Source: Takakia lepidozioides (taxonomy: Eukaryota > Plantae > Bryophyta). Taken from it: a stretch of DNA of 64,000 bases. The notes beneath the pieces were generated by a model. The model saw nothing but the letters and a program-made list of their open reading frames with translations. It was not told the origin of the DNA and ran no database searches. Both the position numbers and the translations under genes were made by a program. Positions 35,143 through 47,610 of this stretch are shown here, one piece after another. Where the stretch lies: positions 72,726,001 through 72,790,000 of the forward strand of contig CM060731.1 in the NCBI GenBank assembly GCA_030704615.1. The letters are read 5' to 3'. The first letter of the stretch is position 1. Each line of letters starts with the position of its first letter.

Positions 35143-37346
35143 GGGCCCATGGGGTCATCCCCTGGGCACCAAAGGGTCCACTAGGTCACGGGCAGACACC
35201 CCTCAGGATTATGAAGGATCCACTATGCACTTGTGAGGGCGTCCCCTGTCAGGTCTCTGGAGGTTCCAGAGCAAGTCATTCGTCATGGCGCCCGCCCGCG
35301 GCATAGTAGAAGAAATGAAAACTTAGGAAAAATTTGGGATAAAATTATAGCCAATTCAACAAATATTTCATGAACACATGCCGCACTTAGCAGGATGGAA
35401 TGCAAGATCTCACATATACCATTCAATGCTCTAAACTAAACCATCACACTATCCATCGCTTTCTAGAATCTGCCGAAACGTTTAATGTTTTATTGTGCAT
35501 ATTTGCTTGGAGATAGGTCATGGCTCCTATGTGGTGAGATCTTCTTAGCTATGGTGCAATGGAATGCACCTCAGCATTGTGGAGCTCTACGGAAGGCCCC
35601 TCCCCGCCATAGGTGCGCCGGTGCCTTAAAGCTGACCTTAGTATAATGAGAAGGCTCGCTTTTTTTCCTTTTCAAAAAAAAAATTAATAGGGGACAGACT
35701 CGAGGTCCTTTAAAATTTATTAATGATGAAAAAAAATAACCTTGCATGCGCCATGGAGGCTGATAATTGAGACATTGCTCCGTAACCAAGTTCAGGTGTA
35801 AGAGAAAGAGAACCATAACATTAATAGCTACATAAGCCTAGAGGCTGCCTCGCTTGCGTTTTGGCTTACAAAGGATAGCTGCACTTTAGATTTTCCTTTC
35901 TTAAAACTACGTCAATGACGCCAATTTACTTCTGGCTCTTCACCTTCAGTGGGGGAGCACCTGGCGCTAAGGGAACTCCCAGCATGCAGGGATGGAGTCG
36001 TGCCATTCCACTCGTGAATCTACGTTTTTTTTCGACCCCCTTACACAACGGTTATTTCTTCAAATCCTTGTGTAGCTTACTATATATCCCCCTTTTTAAT
36101 TCCTGGACCATCTTCTAATGGATAGGGCCCACACAAACTTGGGGGGCTTATTTATTCTCACTGCCTTGTTAATTAATATAGTTATGGTCTTGATTGCATT
36201 TTTTCATTGGCCTATGTGTAGAACCCACTAGATTAGTTACTCGTAAGTAGTAAATAGCAGGCTGGAGGAGTGTGCTCTCCTCTTCTATATACCCTCTTAG
36301 GGCGGTGGCCCCGACATCCTCAAGGTGTGCCTACATGAGTGTGTGATTGTGGTTTTATCATCGCATGTGTTTATGTGTCCATAGGTGGTTGGGTGACATA
36401 ATGCAAAACTGAGTTAGGTAAGAAATTGAAGATTTTAACCTCATAGTTACAAATACGAATCCCTATGCTTTTGTTTAAAACACATTTTCAATAAGGATGA
36501 ATAGCAAAAACACATAAAAATGATGAGTCAAACACACAGTTCAAGACGATGATTTGGAGACATTACATAAAGACGATGATTCAGATACACACCTAAGAAT
36601 GAGATGAAATATTGGAACTTATAATGTCCATATAAAGCTGAAAGAGCTTATGGGACAAAAAGAAACAAGAAACAAGTTGAAAGAGTATTAAAAACAAAGA
36701 GTGAAAGAAGAAGCAGCCCACAAAGTAGCTACTCCTCGAGGGCTGGCCTAAGGGCCAAAGCTCCCTGTACATAAGCTGCCAAACATTTCTGATCCTCATA
36801 ACAGAAGACCTCTATAAGAGATTGGGTTTTATGGAACAAACAATGGAATCTCCCACAGAGAAAGACAATTTTAAGAGTGCATGGTGATTATGTCAACCAT
36901 GTACTATGGAATGGCCCTCACATGCCATTGTGGCGGGTAAGGCGGTGGCAAGCCGGAGGGTGAGCTGCCACCGAAACCGCCATAATGGGTGGGGGCCCTT
37001 ACCATAACGTTAAGGATTGTGTCTGCCGCTCTCTCATTGGCTTGCAAGTCCTAATCAACTTATTATGTTTCATAATGTGCTAGTGGCAATAGGCCTAGAA
37101 TTTTGCTTTTTAATCCTCCTCCAAATCACGATACTGGGCAGGTAAAATCCTTAACGTCATTAATGACATCCCATAATGTCATCCCAAAATTATGACATCC
37201 CATACGCTTACATTGGGAAGTAGTTAAAGAAGAAGTTTCAACCCGTGTTGCTTTGATATCACGTTTAGGACATAACAAACTAGTATGAGTATTCAATGTT
37301 GAACTGATGATGCAAACAACCGAAAATCTCATTTCTCTGGGCCTGT

Positions 37347-38340
37347 CTAGCTATTGAAGCAGCAACTCCCGGTGATGAGGTTATGCATGGAAGAAGTTGT
37401 AGGATCAGCGATAACAACGTCCGCCAATGTATACAACCCGTCGAGAAAGTACAATGTCAACCTGCCGTCGAGTGGAATGGTGATCATGGGACTGGAGTGG
37501 AGTACGTGTATCTGCTCTCGAAGGACATGAACCCCGACTTCGTGAGTAACCGTAACTGCTGCATCTAAGACGACATCGTGAGTTGCAGGGCGTTCTCCAC
37601 CGCAAGGGCAACGAAGAAGACGTACACCGAGTGAGTCGATAGGATGACGACAAACACACTGTTGTAGTCCTAATACATAGAAATGCAGAAGAACAAGTCT
37701 AACTCGCACGGAGGTGGTAAATACAGCAGAGGGACATACGAAAGGGTGCAACGGTTGGTTGTATCGTGGGCCGCGCACCTTCTCCGGGCCCAACGCAAGA
37801 GAGAAGTTTCGCCTGATGTGTATCCGAAGGAGCATCGGAAAGCATGTTGGAAAAGGAGTGTTGGTGCGCACGTTCCATGATGGTATCGTGTAAGTGCTCC
37901 AGACCTTGACTGACCAACTGTTCGAAACTTGGTGACATACAAGCTCATGCTAATTGTATTGGGAAGAGATCTCGTGCTAAATGAAGATGTTGCTGGAAGG
38001 GCAAAGAGCCATCGTAGGTTCCCACTTCCCACTTCTATGCTCTCCTTTGCGCATGGCCTCACATATCAACCATTCCAACACTTGCTGGCCTCCCTCCCCA
38101 TCGGCTGCTCCATTGTTCTCCCTTTTTTCAGCATTCAGAAATAACCCTGCCAAGATTTGGGACCCTTATTTGGCTTTGATCCACTGCCACTTGTTACACA
38201 GCCTCGTGGATCATCAGCCGGATGCTAAGGATAGTCGAAAGGGTGGATGTCGTGGTGAAAATTAAGATGACTTGCAAAGTACCGACATACTTTGGATTGT
38301 GGTTTGCATGCCATTCAACAACATTAGGAATTGCAACCAA
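37347..38340 (-). mobile_element. Non-LTR retrotransposon fragment, CRE-like (Zn knuckle plus restriction-like endonuclease C-terminus)
   Basis: CVCRHPIDSLGVRLLRCPCGGERPATHDVV..VGVHVLRE..RQVDIVL..TLADVVIADP, frameshifted. Confidence 0.7.
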
Positions 38341-39020
38341 TCTTTCGAAGTATAAAGGGGTGGCCCGGTGGACCAGCAAAAGCAAGTTCTAGCCAACAAC
38401 TCATTAGATCCACCCTGACATCCTAGTAAATAAACCTAGGAACATCAAGACCAATATATAATTAGAAATGGGGTAGTAGCTGGAAGGTTAAGTGGCTCTT
38501 GATTCCACAGGCTATGGCAGGAGACTTTGGGCTCTCTCTCTCTAATTAGAACATTTCAGAGAAGCAATTCTCTTTTTCCTACTAGTAAACATAACTCTGG
38601 GTAAGGAAGTGCAAAAAGATGGTGGCAGTCAGAACATGACAGAACACGACAAAAGCTCTATACAGGGCCACCCAAATAAAACAACGGTATACATAGAAGC
38701 TGCTTGTAGAGCAATGCTGAAGTGTGTATACACAGAACCATAGCTCATGGCACCAAGAAAGAATCTGGACATGTCTGAACTAGGCCCTTTCCAATCAATC
38801 AATACACCATTTCTCCACAGTCGTACAACCAAGTGAGGGGGCTCAGCTGGTGTACCACCAAACCCCTGGAAGAGTCTCCCTTTTCGCATACACTGATACA
38901 AGCTACCACTGATTTTCTCAGGTTACATACTTTTGAAAGGGCAACAGAAATCACTCTCCTGGTCATCTTCAATCCAGAAGCCCATTCCACGTGGAATGAA
39001 CTCCTATACTGAGACATATG

Positions 39021-41719
39021 TCAGCTCTTGGTCTTTGAGTGCTTCACAAGCCAGTCAATAACAACATCAATGTTGGTCGAGTTCTTGCATGAGATGGTGT
39101 AGCATGCCACCTCCCTGTCTGCCAGGCCTGTCAGCCCCCTACTCCACCCATAACCAACAATGGACAGTCTGTAATCAGACCCATGTTTGAGGTGCTGTCT
39201 AAATGCAGAAGTTCCCACAAAGGATCCTCCCAGATATGAGCAGGTCGTAGGTTAGTATGACAAATAAAGAGAACATGAGACAAATGAAATGGAGAGACAG
39301 GGACCCGTTGTCTATCTATCCAACCTACTTTGCATTTACCTACATTGATTGTAAAAACACCAGTTAATGAGGATTTCTTCCGCATTCTGTTTGGTAAGGG
39401 GGCAATATTTGGCAGCTCTCACCTTGTATTGATTATTTGAACTGCGTTTGTGAAATACATCAGATTGAAGGCAAACCACCATGGCTAGATCAAGAGCTAG
39501 AGCAAGACAACTGACATGTTCCTTTACTACAGCTCTATCTCTATCATGGACTAACAAGACCTATAGTCAGTCTGGCCCGAGTGTCAAAAGTTCTGCTAAA
39601 ATGATGGCTTGTTGAGTAGGCACTTACATTTGGTCAACGAGAGCCTGCTTTGAAATGGCTTCAGGCTTGTCCAGCTTGTTGCCCAGAACCAACAATGGAA
39701 TGCCACTTAGTGATGGTTTGTTTAACAAATCATGCAGCTCTTTCCTGGAGATTGGGATGTTATCCCTGTCTGCAGCATCCACCACATACCTGCGATGCCA
39801 TGGCCCATCAGGCCACTTCAAAGTCATGCACTATACACAGGCAGAGTGACAATTTTGATTTCTTCTGAGTAACAGCTCCCAAAAACTGCAGCATGATAGA
39901 GAGGCAGGCTGCTGGGGAAAGCTTGGGAAACTGTCACCAAGGAAGGAAGACCTTGTATTATCGACTGATGTAACAGGTGGCCATGAAACTATCTTTCACT
40001 TTAAGACTGACACTAGGCCAAACATTCTTGTGCACAAGGACTGCAACAAACCCACACTGATGAATAAGTACTGAGTTGTTTCCACCTCAACAACGTGCCT
40101 GCCAATCCAAGAACGCTTCTTGCATGATTCTACTAAAATTAGCCGGGCAGATTGGAGAGACAGTGAGAGAGAGAGAGAAATGACATACACAATTGCAGAG
40201 ACTCCACGACAGTAGCGCTCCCACATACTCCGGAAGCGTGGTTGGCCACCCAAATCCCACAGCTTGATAGTTACATTGCCTTTGGACACTTTGCGCATGT
40301 TGAAGCCCACCTGCACTCCCCATTCACACCCTTCTCCTAAATATTTCCATCCTTTCAATAGTCATAAAAAAGCAATCACTTTCGCATTACTATATGAAGT
40401 ACAGCTCCCTTATTTTTAGCCCCTTGTTATAGCTCTCTCTTCTAAGACTTGTCAGTGGCAGCTCAAAATATAGCAGTTGAGCCAATGGGAAAACCAACTT
40501 GAAGACTATTCATGGTTTGGAGCTAGCTCATGCCAAAAGCCGATGAATACATTTTTGATATCGGCCTGAGATTCAATCCATTTGGAAACAGAAAATGCTG
40601 GAAAATCATATGGCGTCATAGGAAGGGGGGAGACAATACCGTGGGGATCATATCTTCATTGTAACCGCCAGTCTGCAGTCCCAAGCACAAATCCAGGGCA
40701 TAAACCAAAATTCATCAAACCGAGATCTATGGCGTGCAGAATGAATTTGATATCATTCAGATGGACCCACTTTCTGACTACACCTACTGAAGTGTTAAAG
40801 CATAAGCACATCTCGTCATTACAATTCTCATTGCAAATGCGTAACTGCGGCTTGACCTAAAGTATTAGGGTTGACAGACAAAAATGAAAACACGAGGAGC
40901 TTCAAGGGGCTCTCCCATTGTGCAGCATACCCATACCCTAACTAGACAGATTCACAGTGAGGATTCATGTATTTGATCCCAAAAGATTGTGTTTGATAGA
41001 TAAGAAAGAAACAAGCTGCGCTAAATCCTGGAAGGAATTATCTATTCATACTCCTATTATATCACGTATCAGAAGCCTCTACAGGAGAGTTAATTAAGCG
41101 TTCAGATTACACATAGCATTGTTGAGACTACAAGAAGCTTCAGTGACCCTCTAACAAAAACACGTAGAGTGGTTGCGAGACAGACGCACCGCAATCACAT
41201 TGACAAGAGACGTTTTCCCAGCGTTTTGAAGGCCTATCAATGACAGTTCCATTTCTTGCTTAAAAAACAGGCTGCCCAGATCCACAAAAAAGCCAACATG
41301 AGATCAGCCAAGCTAGGACCAACACCTCGAAACCAGTTTGCTTCCGAGCAGGAGAGGGAAAATCACCCGCATCATTTCACATCCCCTTTCAACAGAATCC
41401 AGTAAAAGCCAAAATCTAAAAGACTCCATCTTCCAAAGGATGGATACTGCCATAGTCAATTGAGCAATCAACTATATCATCTTCCTCACATTGCCATCCA
41501 GAAATCCTGCTCGATTTTTCCATCCCCTGACTCCGCCAGGCCATACTTGGATAACAAAGGAACCCTGAGAAACCCAATCCAGTCCTATCCGCTGACTTCT
41601 TACTCTAAGTTGACTCCTTTCCCAATCAATACCCCGTCAGTGTCTCCCCATACAGAAAGATCGAGGCTTATCCTAAAATACCTGCGAAGCCAATTAAGAA
41701 AGGACTCCCACAAACCCAT
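39021..41719 (-). CDS. ARL8: ADP-ribosylation factor-like GTPase ARL8 (6 coding exons)
   Basis: [12 protein letters not shown] | [27 protein letters not shown] | [11 protein letters not shown] | [41 protein letters not shown] | YVVDAAD..LGNKLD | [38 protein letters not shown], with GT-AG boundaries. Confidence 0.96.
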
Positions 41720-42853
41720 CCTGCCGCCTCCCTCCGCATGCAAAACCTGTGGTTTAAAGCGCCTTGAGTCAACAAGAAGAACAAGAGACCAAACTGTCGC
41801 CCAACTCAGTTCCCCCTCTTGTCCTCCAACCCTGCTTCTCCACCTACAGGGATCCAACAAGCAGAATGGCCCGCTGACACACCACCTGCTATAAAAAGAG
41901 AGACAGGAAGGTACACACTGGATTGACAAGGCTGCTAGGGATGCTGAGGCGATCGTGAAGGAGCACTGGCACTGCCAGACTCAGAAAGAGAGATGAGAGA
42001 TGAAGATAGGCTAGGACCTGGCTCAGATGGGTCCCAGCCTGTGCCACGTGTCTGTCCCTGACAGGCCCTCCAACTGCCCACCCAGCCACCCCTGCTAAGC
42101 GGGCCCAGCTACAGGCAGGTGCCGGTTAGGATAGCCTGTAGTGTTATCCAGTATGCCGGTTTTTGTCTCTCTTCCCTTTGTTCTTTCTTTCTGTTTATGA
42201 ATTGCAAACGGAAATGGAAGATTTGCATGTCTCAACTTGGCTTTTCAGAGAGTGCTTTGCAGGCTCAGGCTTCAGTCTGTTGCAAACATGGGAAGAGGGA
42301 GGGTTAGTATCTGCCATTGATGTGGCCACCGTGAATTTCACTTACATTGAAACCAAATCGATTGTTTGTTTGTTTACATATGCACATATGCACAAACATG
42401 CTGAGCTCCGCGGCTTCTGAGACTTCAACTTACGAGTACAATCCCCTTCTTCTGTTCCCATATGCTTACAACCTTTGGGAGGCCCATGCTTGTCTGCATG
42501 CGACAAGGGCCCCAGACCCAACAGCATTTGCCAATCGAAAGCCGGATAGCAGCCCTGCGGTGCTGCTACGGGGATTAAAGCACACAAGTAGCTTGCTCCT
42601 TTGAGAACACCCACTGGGCCAGTTTCGTGGCAGAGAAGCTCCACGATTTACCCCTACCTCAGTTACAAACAAAGCATGGGCAAGACCTTGCGGCCAGACC
42701 ACAGCTACTTCAACAAATTTCTGCGCAATCCAGAAGTTGAACATGCCTTCTCACGGGAGTGACACAATTTTTTTTGTTTTTTTGTTTTGGAGGCTGAGAT
42801 TCATAAAAGCAGGAACACAATACTTTGCCCAGAGAACGAAACATTATGTGGGC

Positions 42854-45800
42854 TCAACCTTCCCAGCCTCCCACTCCCCGGGCTGTCCGTTTGCCTTCCA
42901 TGGCATCCTTTTTCCACTTGCAGCTCACACACAGGAAGGGACCTTCCCATGGTCTTGAGCTGGCTGAGAAGAATGCCCCAGCATGCACTGAGATACTTTC
43001 ACTAGCTTCAATATCGCGCTGACAGATAGCACACACAAATAGGCCGTTCCCTCCATGGACTGAGGATGACTCTCCTCCACCCAACCTGCAGGCAACCCAG
43101 GGATACATCATAACACAGTGGTCAGTGTCATCTATGCTATCCTAGACTCACTGCAATATAGGCAAAATACATAAAAGAAGTTACTATAATATACTCCAAG
43201 AGACCTGCTTTTTCTACATGTGCCAGCGAACTGACAGTTAGCATCACCCATTGGACCCCAAAACATTGTCGAAGTTCAGTAACTCTGAAGGGAACATTGA
43301 AACAGATTTTCATGAATCTGTACAAAGAACACATTCATGAGACTGCACAAATCCGTTCACAAACAGCACCCCTCCAAAGATGACATATCCCTACAATCAT
43401 ATATTACGTACTGCAATCAAGCAAACGGTGTAGCTGCACAGAGGGTTAGGAAAAGGTGCTTGAAGATGTTCACTACCGTTCAGCCAGCATGGCAGAACCT
43501 TCCTCAAACAGTTCCTGCATGACAGATACTTCCGCAGATCTTCTGTCTTTGGCAGTTGTCACTCCACGCCATCGGAAGAATCTAAGGATTCTGCTTTGAT
43601 TCTTGATCACTGCGGGAGGAGGCCGAGAACTGCTGGGTGGAACTAAGTCAACTACCAGGCATGTTGTGTCATCCCGTAGTCCTCGAGTCCTCAAGGTCTC
43701 CTGCAGTTTGAACACCATTTCCTATAAGACAGTCTGCAGGGACACAAATCTCTTCGCTTTAAATGGAACAGGGCACATAGTACCAGACTATATAGCAGCC
43801 AAGCCTACGAACTTTATTGCTTTCTCTGCGGAAGCTATGAAGTTCATTTGATTCTTTCTTTCTTTCTCTGCATAACTCTCAAAATCTACCTGCGCAATGA
43901 GCCCAATGAAGGCTTTACCCAATAGAAAATGAAGGCATTGTTCCCACATTGCTGCCAATGCCCTGTCCAAACTAGAAGTAAGACGGATCAAACAAGAGAC
44001 CACACCAATAACATACACAGGAGGCCCTACTAGTCTCATAGACAACTCTATGGCACCGAACATCACCTTCACACAAACTTCTATCATTCTCAAGTCAGAA
44101 TCCTTTCAATAACTCTAATAATCTATGTGTATCAGCTGTCAGCAAGACAAAATGAGACGTTCATGATATTCTTCTTACTTGGAAACCTCAATCCCCACCT
44201 TTACTATGTGCTTGGCTGCAACGTCAGCTTGCTGTAAACCTCGGCAGCATTTTGCAGCTTTTTCTGAGCTCAAGGCATCCCATACACCATCTGAGGCAAT
44301 AATGAGCCTGCCTCCTGCATTTGACAGCTGCAAATCAACGTTTGGTTACTTACCCAGCAGCACTGAACGTTTTTTGAAGACAGATCAGTTCGAATGGCAA
44401 CAACACACAATACCATTGCAGCAAAAGAGGCAAAAAGTTTCCTGCAACATATAACCATTTACTTGCCCCAGATGAGTCTGAACCTCCCTGTTTTTCTTTA
44501 GACATCCAGACCCAAAGCACATTCATAGCAATGCACAATGCCCCCCCAGCAAGGGATGCAAAATGGTCCTGTGGGGCTAGTGATGTTATTTAAATGACTG
44601 ACTTTGATCCAATGCGTCTTGTCTTCATGCACCGACCTTAATTTGCTTGACATAAGGTATAGGCACAATGTACTCGCCAACATCCATGTCTCCAATTGAT
44701 CTTGAAAGGCAGAGACCACCCGGCCAACACCTCAACGGACCAATCTGCAGGTCAAGCAAGAGCCCTTGCTCAGGCTGATGGATAGAGATTTATAGATACC
44801 ATAATCAACAAAGTGTTCTAGAAGGCTACACTAATCTCAAGGCTACATTCAACATCAGTCTCTTAAAAAGTATTAGAAAGACAACACTTACCCCAACAGT
44901 TGTAGCAAAACCCATAATTCACGCTTATGAACATACAACTTATCACCATGTTGTACCAAAATTTCAGGGTTGCATGGAAAGCAAGCAGTGGACAAGCAGT
45001 GGAAACAGAACTAAGTGACAATGGTTGTTAAAACATCAGTTTTCTCATTCTTGGAAAGCAAACTCATAAAGCAAATGCATTCAAAGGCCGCTTTCAAATC
45101 TCAAAATTGTGCCTTTGGTACAGGCTGCGCTCTTAAGGTTCTCACCACCTCAGCTGCATTGACAACCATTGGCAAGCTGAAAGCTACAGAGCTGGTATCC
45201 AACTTTCAACTTCAATCTGCATAGGAATAGATGAGCTTATATTGTTTCTGATGTTACCTCAGCACCACCAACAATGCTAAGCCTGCCCACCTCGCCTCCA
45301 CTTGCTTTGATACGCTCCCTCCTGTAGTCATTAAAAAGAAAATTATTTCAGAGACAATCTACTCTTAGAACCTCAGGTTGACTGGTATTCGTCCATCCGC
45401 TGATCCCCTCCCTGGCAGCAAGTCTACCTGACTGCCTTCCCAACAATATACATGAACCACAATATGCCTCTCCAGAGAGAACAATCACTGCAGAAGATGC
45501 TGTGCCCAACACACTTCATAAGCAGGGCGATAGGGTTTCATCAGACCCAGTTGTTTGATGGATGTTAGAGTTGGTGTAAGGGTTGCTTGTCTTGGCACAT
45601 TCACCAGCACCACTGCTTATAATGGAGAACAAAACACAACAGTGGAAGGGAAAGGAGGAACTGATGGGATGCGATGACAATGTGCAAAGAGGGACGATTG
45701 AAGGAGCAGTAATCTGATTGAGGGGCAAGGCTGTGGGACACATTTGCCTCTGGCGGGAATTTCGTAAGATGATAAACCCTGGCAGATGGCAAGGGACCAT

Positions 45801-47610
45801 GCCCACATTATTAAAAGTGGATTCCAGCCAGACATCTTGCCAAACAAATACCTTTGTCAGCATGGCGTGTGGGAAATCTTACTGTTGCGTACAAATGTGA
45901 GACATGATTTCGTGACCAATAATTGCAGGTTGAGCCTAGCCAAGGACAGTGAAGGGGCATTCTTTTCTATAACACAATGAGAAGGGATGAAGCCATATAA
46001 GATCACATCCCCAAAGATGAACAGACCCAGTAGCCCTGGAACAGGGCAAGTCACACCATAATGCTGGATTTAAGGCGGTTATCCAAGTGGGTAACACCCT
46101 TGTCGGCAAATATTGCAGTTATGAGGGTGTGGTGTATGCCTGCAAGGTGTTTAACACAGTGCATTTCTAAGCAGCATGCTAAGTGAGCAATCTCTGGAAA
46201 ACCATAATTGCAGCATGTGCTTAGTGAGATCATTGGAGGAGGATTTCAAACTCTGTTTGGAAAATGCGGAGAAAGGGCATGAAGGCAGACAAGGTTACTA
46301 TTTGCTAGACAAGGTTGCTTTCATTAGCATCCTCAACGCATGTCTTAGCTCAGCAGCTCTCGAACAGGCCCAGCAGCTTCATGCGGGCACCACCAAAGCT
46401 GGATTTGAGTCACATATCCAAGTGGGGAATGCCTTTGTTAGAGTGCATTTGCAATGGGATGTTGAGTCGATGTGTGCAAAGCCCATACGACTGTCTATGT
46501 GCGACAAACATTTGTTCACCTTGACAGCTCAAATGAGCCAAGGAAGGTCAACAACTGGTATGGCAACGACGTGGAGCATGAAAAGAATGATGAGAAAGAA
46601 TAGAAGATGGTGAAGAACTGACTCTTCTTGATTCGTATCAAGTCTGTGATCAACAGTAAGAGCTGTCACCGTGCCTTGTGAATCAAGCACACAACGGGAG
46701 TCTCCAACAGATGCCACCGTTACGGTCCATCCATCAATAACAACAAAGGTGACAGTTGTCCCTGATGTTTGCTCTGACAACAGAAAACATTTCAGTGTTA
46801 ATTCTTCCTTTTGTTAAACACTGCAACACTGAGATGCATAGCAGGATGTGACCAAGTAAACAACCTCAAAGGCAGGAGGACCGTGAGTTCTTGGTTTCAC
46901 AGTACCTTTCATCTGGAAATCCTTATCAGTCTTCACAAATCCTGCAACCAGTGCTCGTGGCAGAGCTGCCAACCACTCATCTCTCCTGAGGCCACGGGGG
47001 ATTGCACTCAACACATCATTCAACAGATTTTCCTTGGAGTAGATAGCTGCTGCTGCTCCATTGTGACCATCAAACACCTGGTCAAAACATAAAAGCAACT
47101 CACTTTTCCAGTTAAAACCACGATCTGCAAACCTTAGCAGCTCGCCATGCGCATACCGAACATCATCAGGGCAACTATATTACTTGAAAACATTGTAGCA
47201 TCCCAAACCATACTGCCACAAACAAAATATTGTCAATCTGACCATGTAACAGGTATGATTGATCTACCAAAGTGTATGCGAGAGGAACTGAGACTTCAAC
47301 CCAAGCAACAGGACCCAGAATTGTGCACTATCAGACAGAACATTTCACGATTCAAGAAGCATACCCCAAAAACTCCAATTGTCGAGGAGGCATCCCCCGG
47401 TATTATTTCGCACTCGGTGTTTACAAGGGCGAAGTCCTCTCCTTTCCTCGGTTGGATTGCTAGACCGGCCCGTAAAATTGGATTTTCCAATACCTCATTC
47501 TTCAACTCATAGCTGAGTAGGGAGGCCAAGGGGACCATTTGTGGAGCCTTAGCATGGCCATGCCCCACCCCATTCGAGCGCTTCACTCTTCTGGTCTGTT
47601 GTGAGCTCAT
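42854..47610 (-). CDS. Protein phosphatase 2C (plant clade H-like), multi-exon
   Basis: RKGEDF, VFDGHNG, SGTTVTFVVIDGWTVTVASVGDSRC, DHRL, PGGLCLSRSIGDMDVGE, LIIASDGVWDAL, GLRDDTTC, ELFEEGSAMLAER, and C-terminal CAIC..PWEGPFLC..C. Confidence 0.94.
45770..46450 (+). pseudogene. PPR remnant lying antisense inside a PP2C intron
   Basis: HAHIIKSGFQPDI; DKVAFISILNACLSSAALEQAQQLHAGTTKAGFESHIQVGNAFV. Confidence 0.75.
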
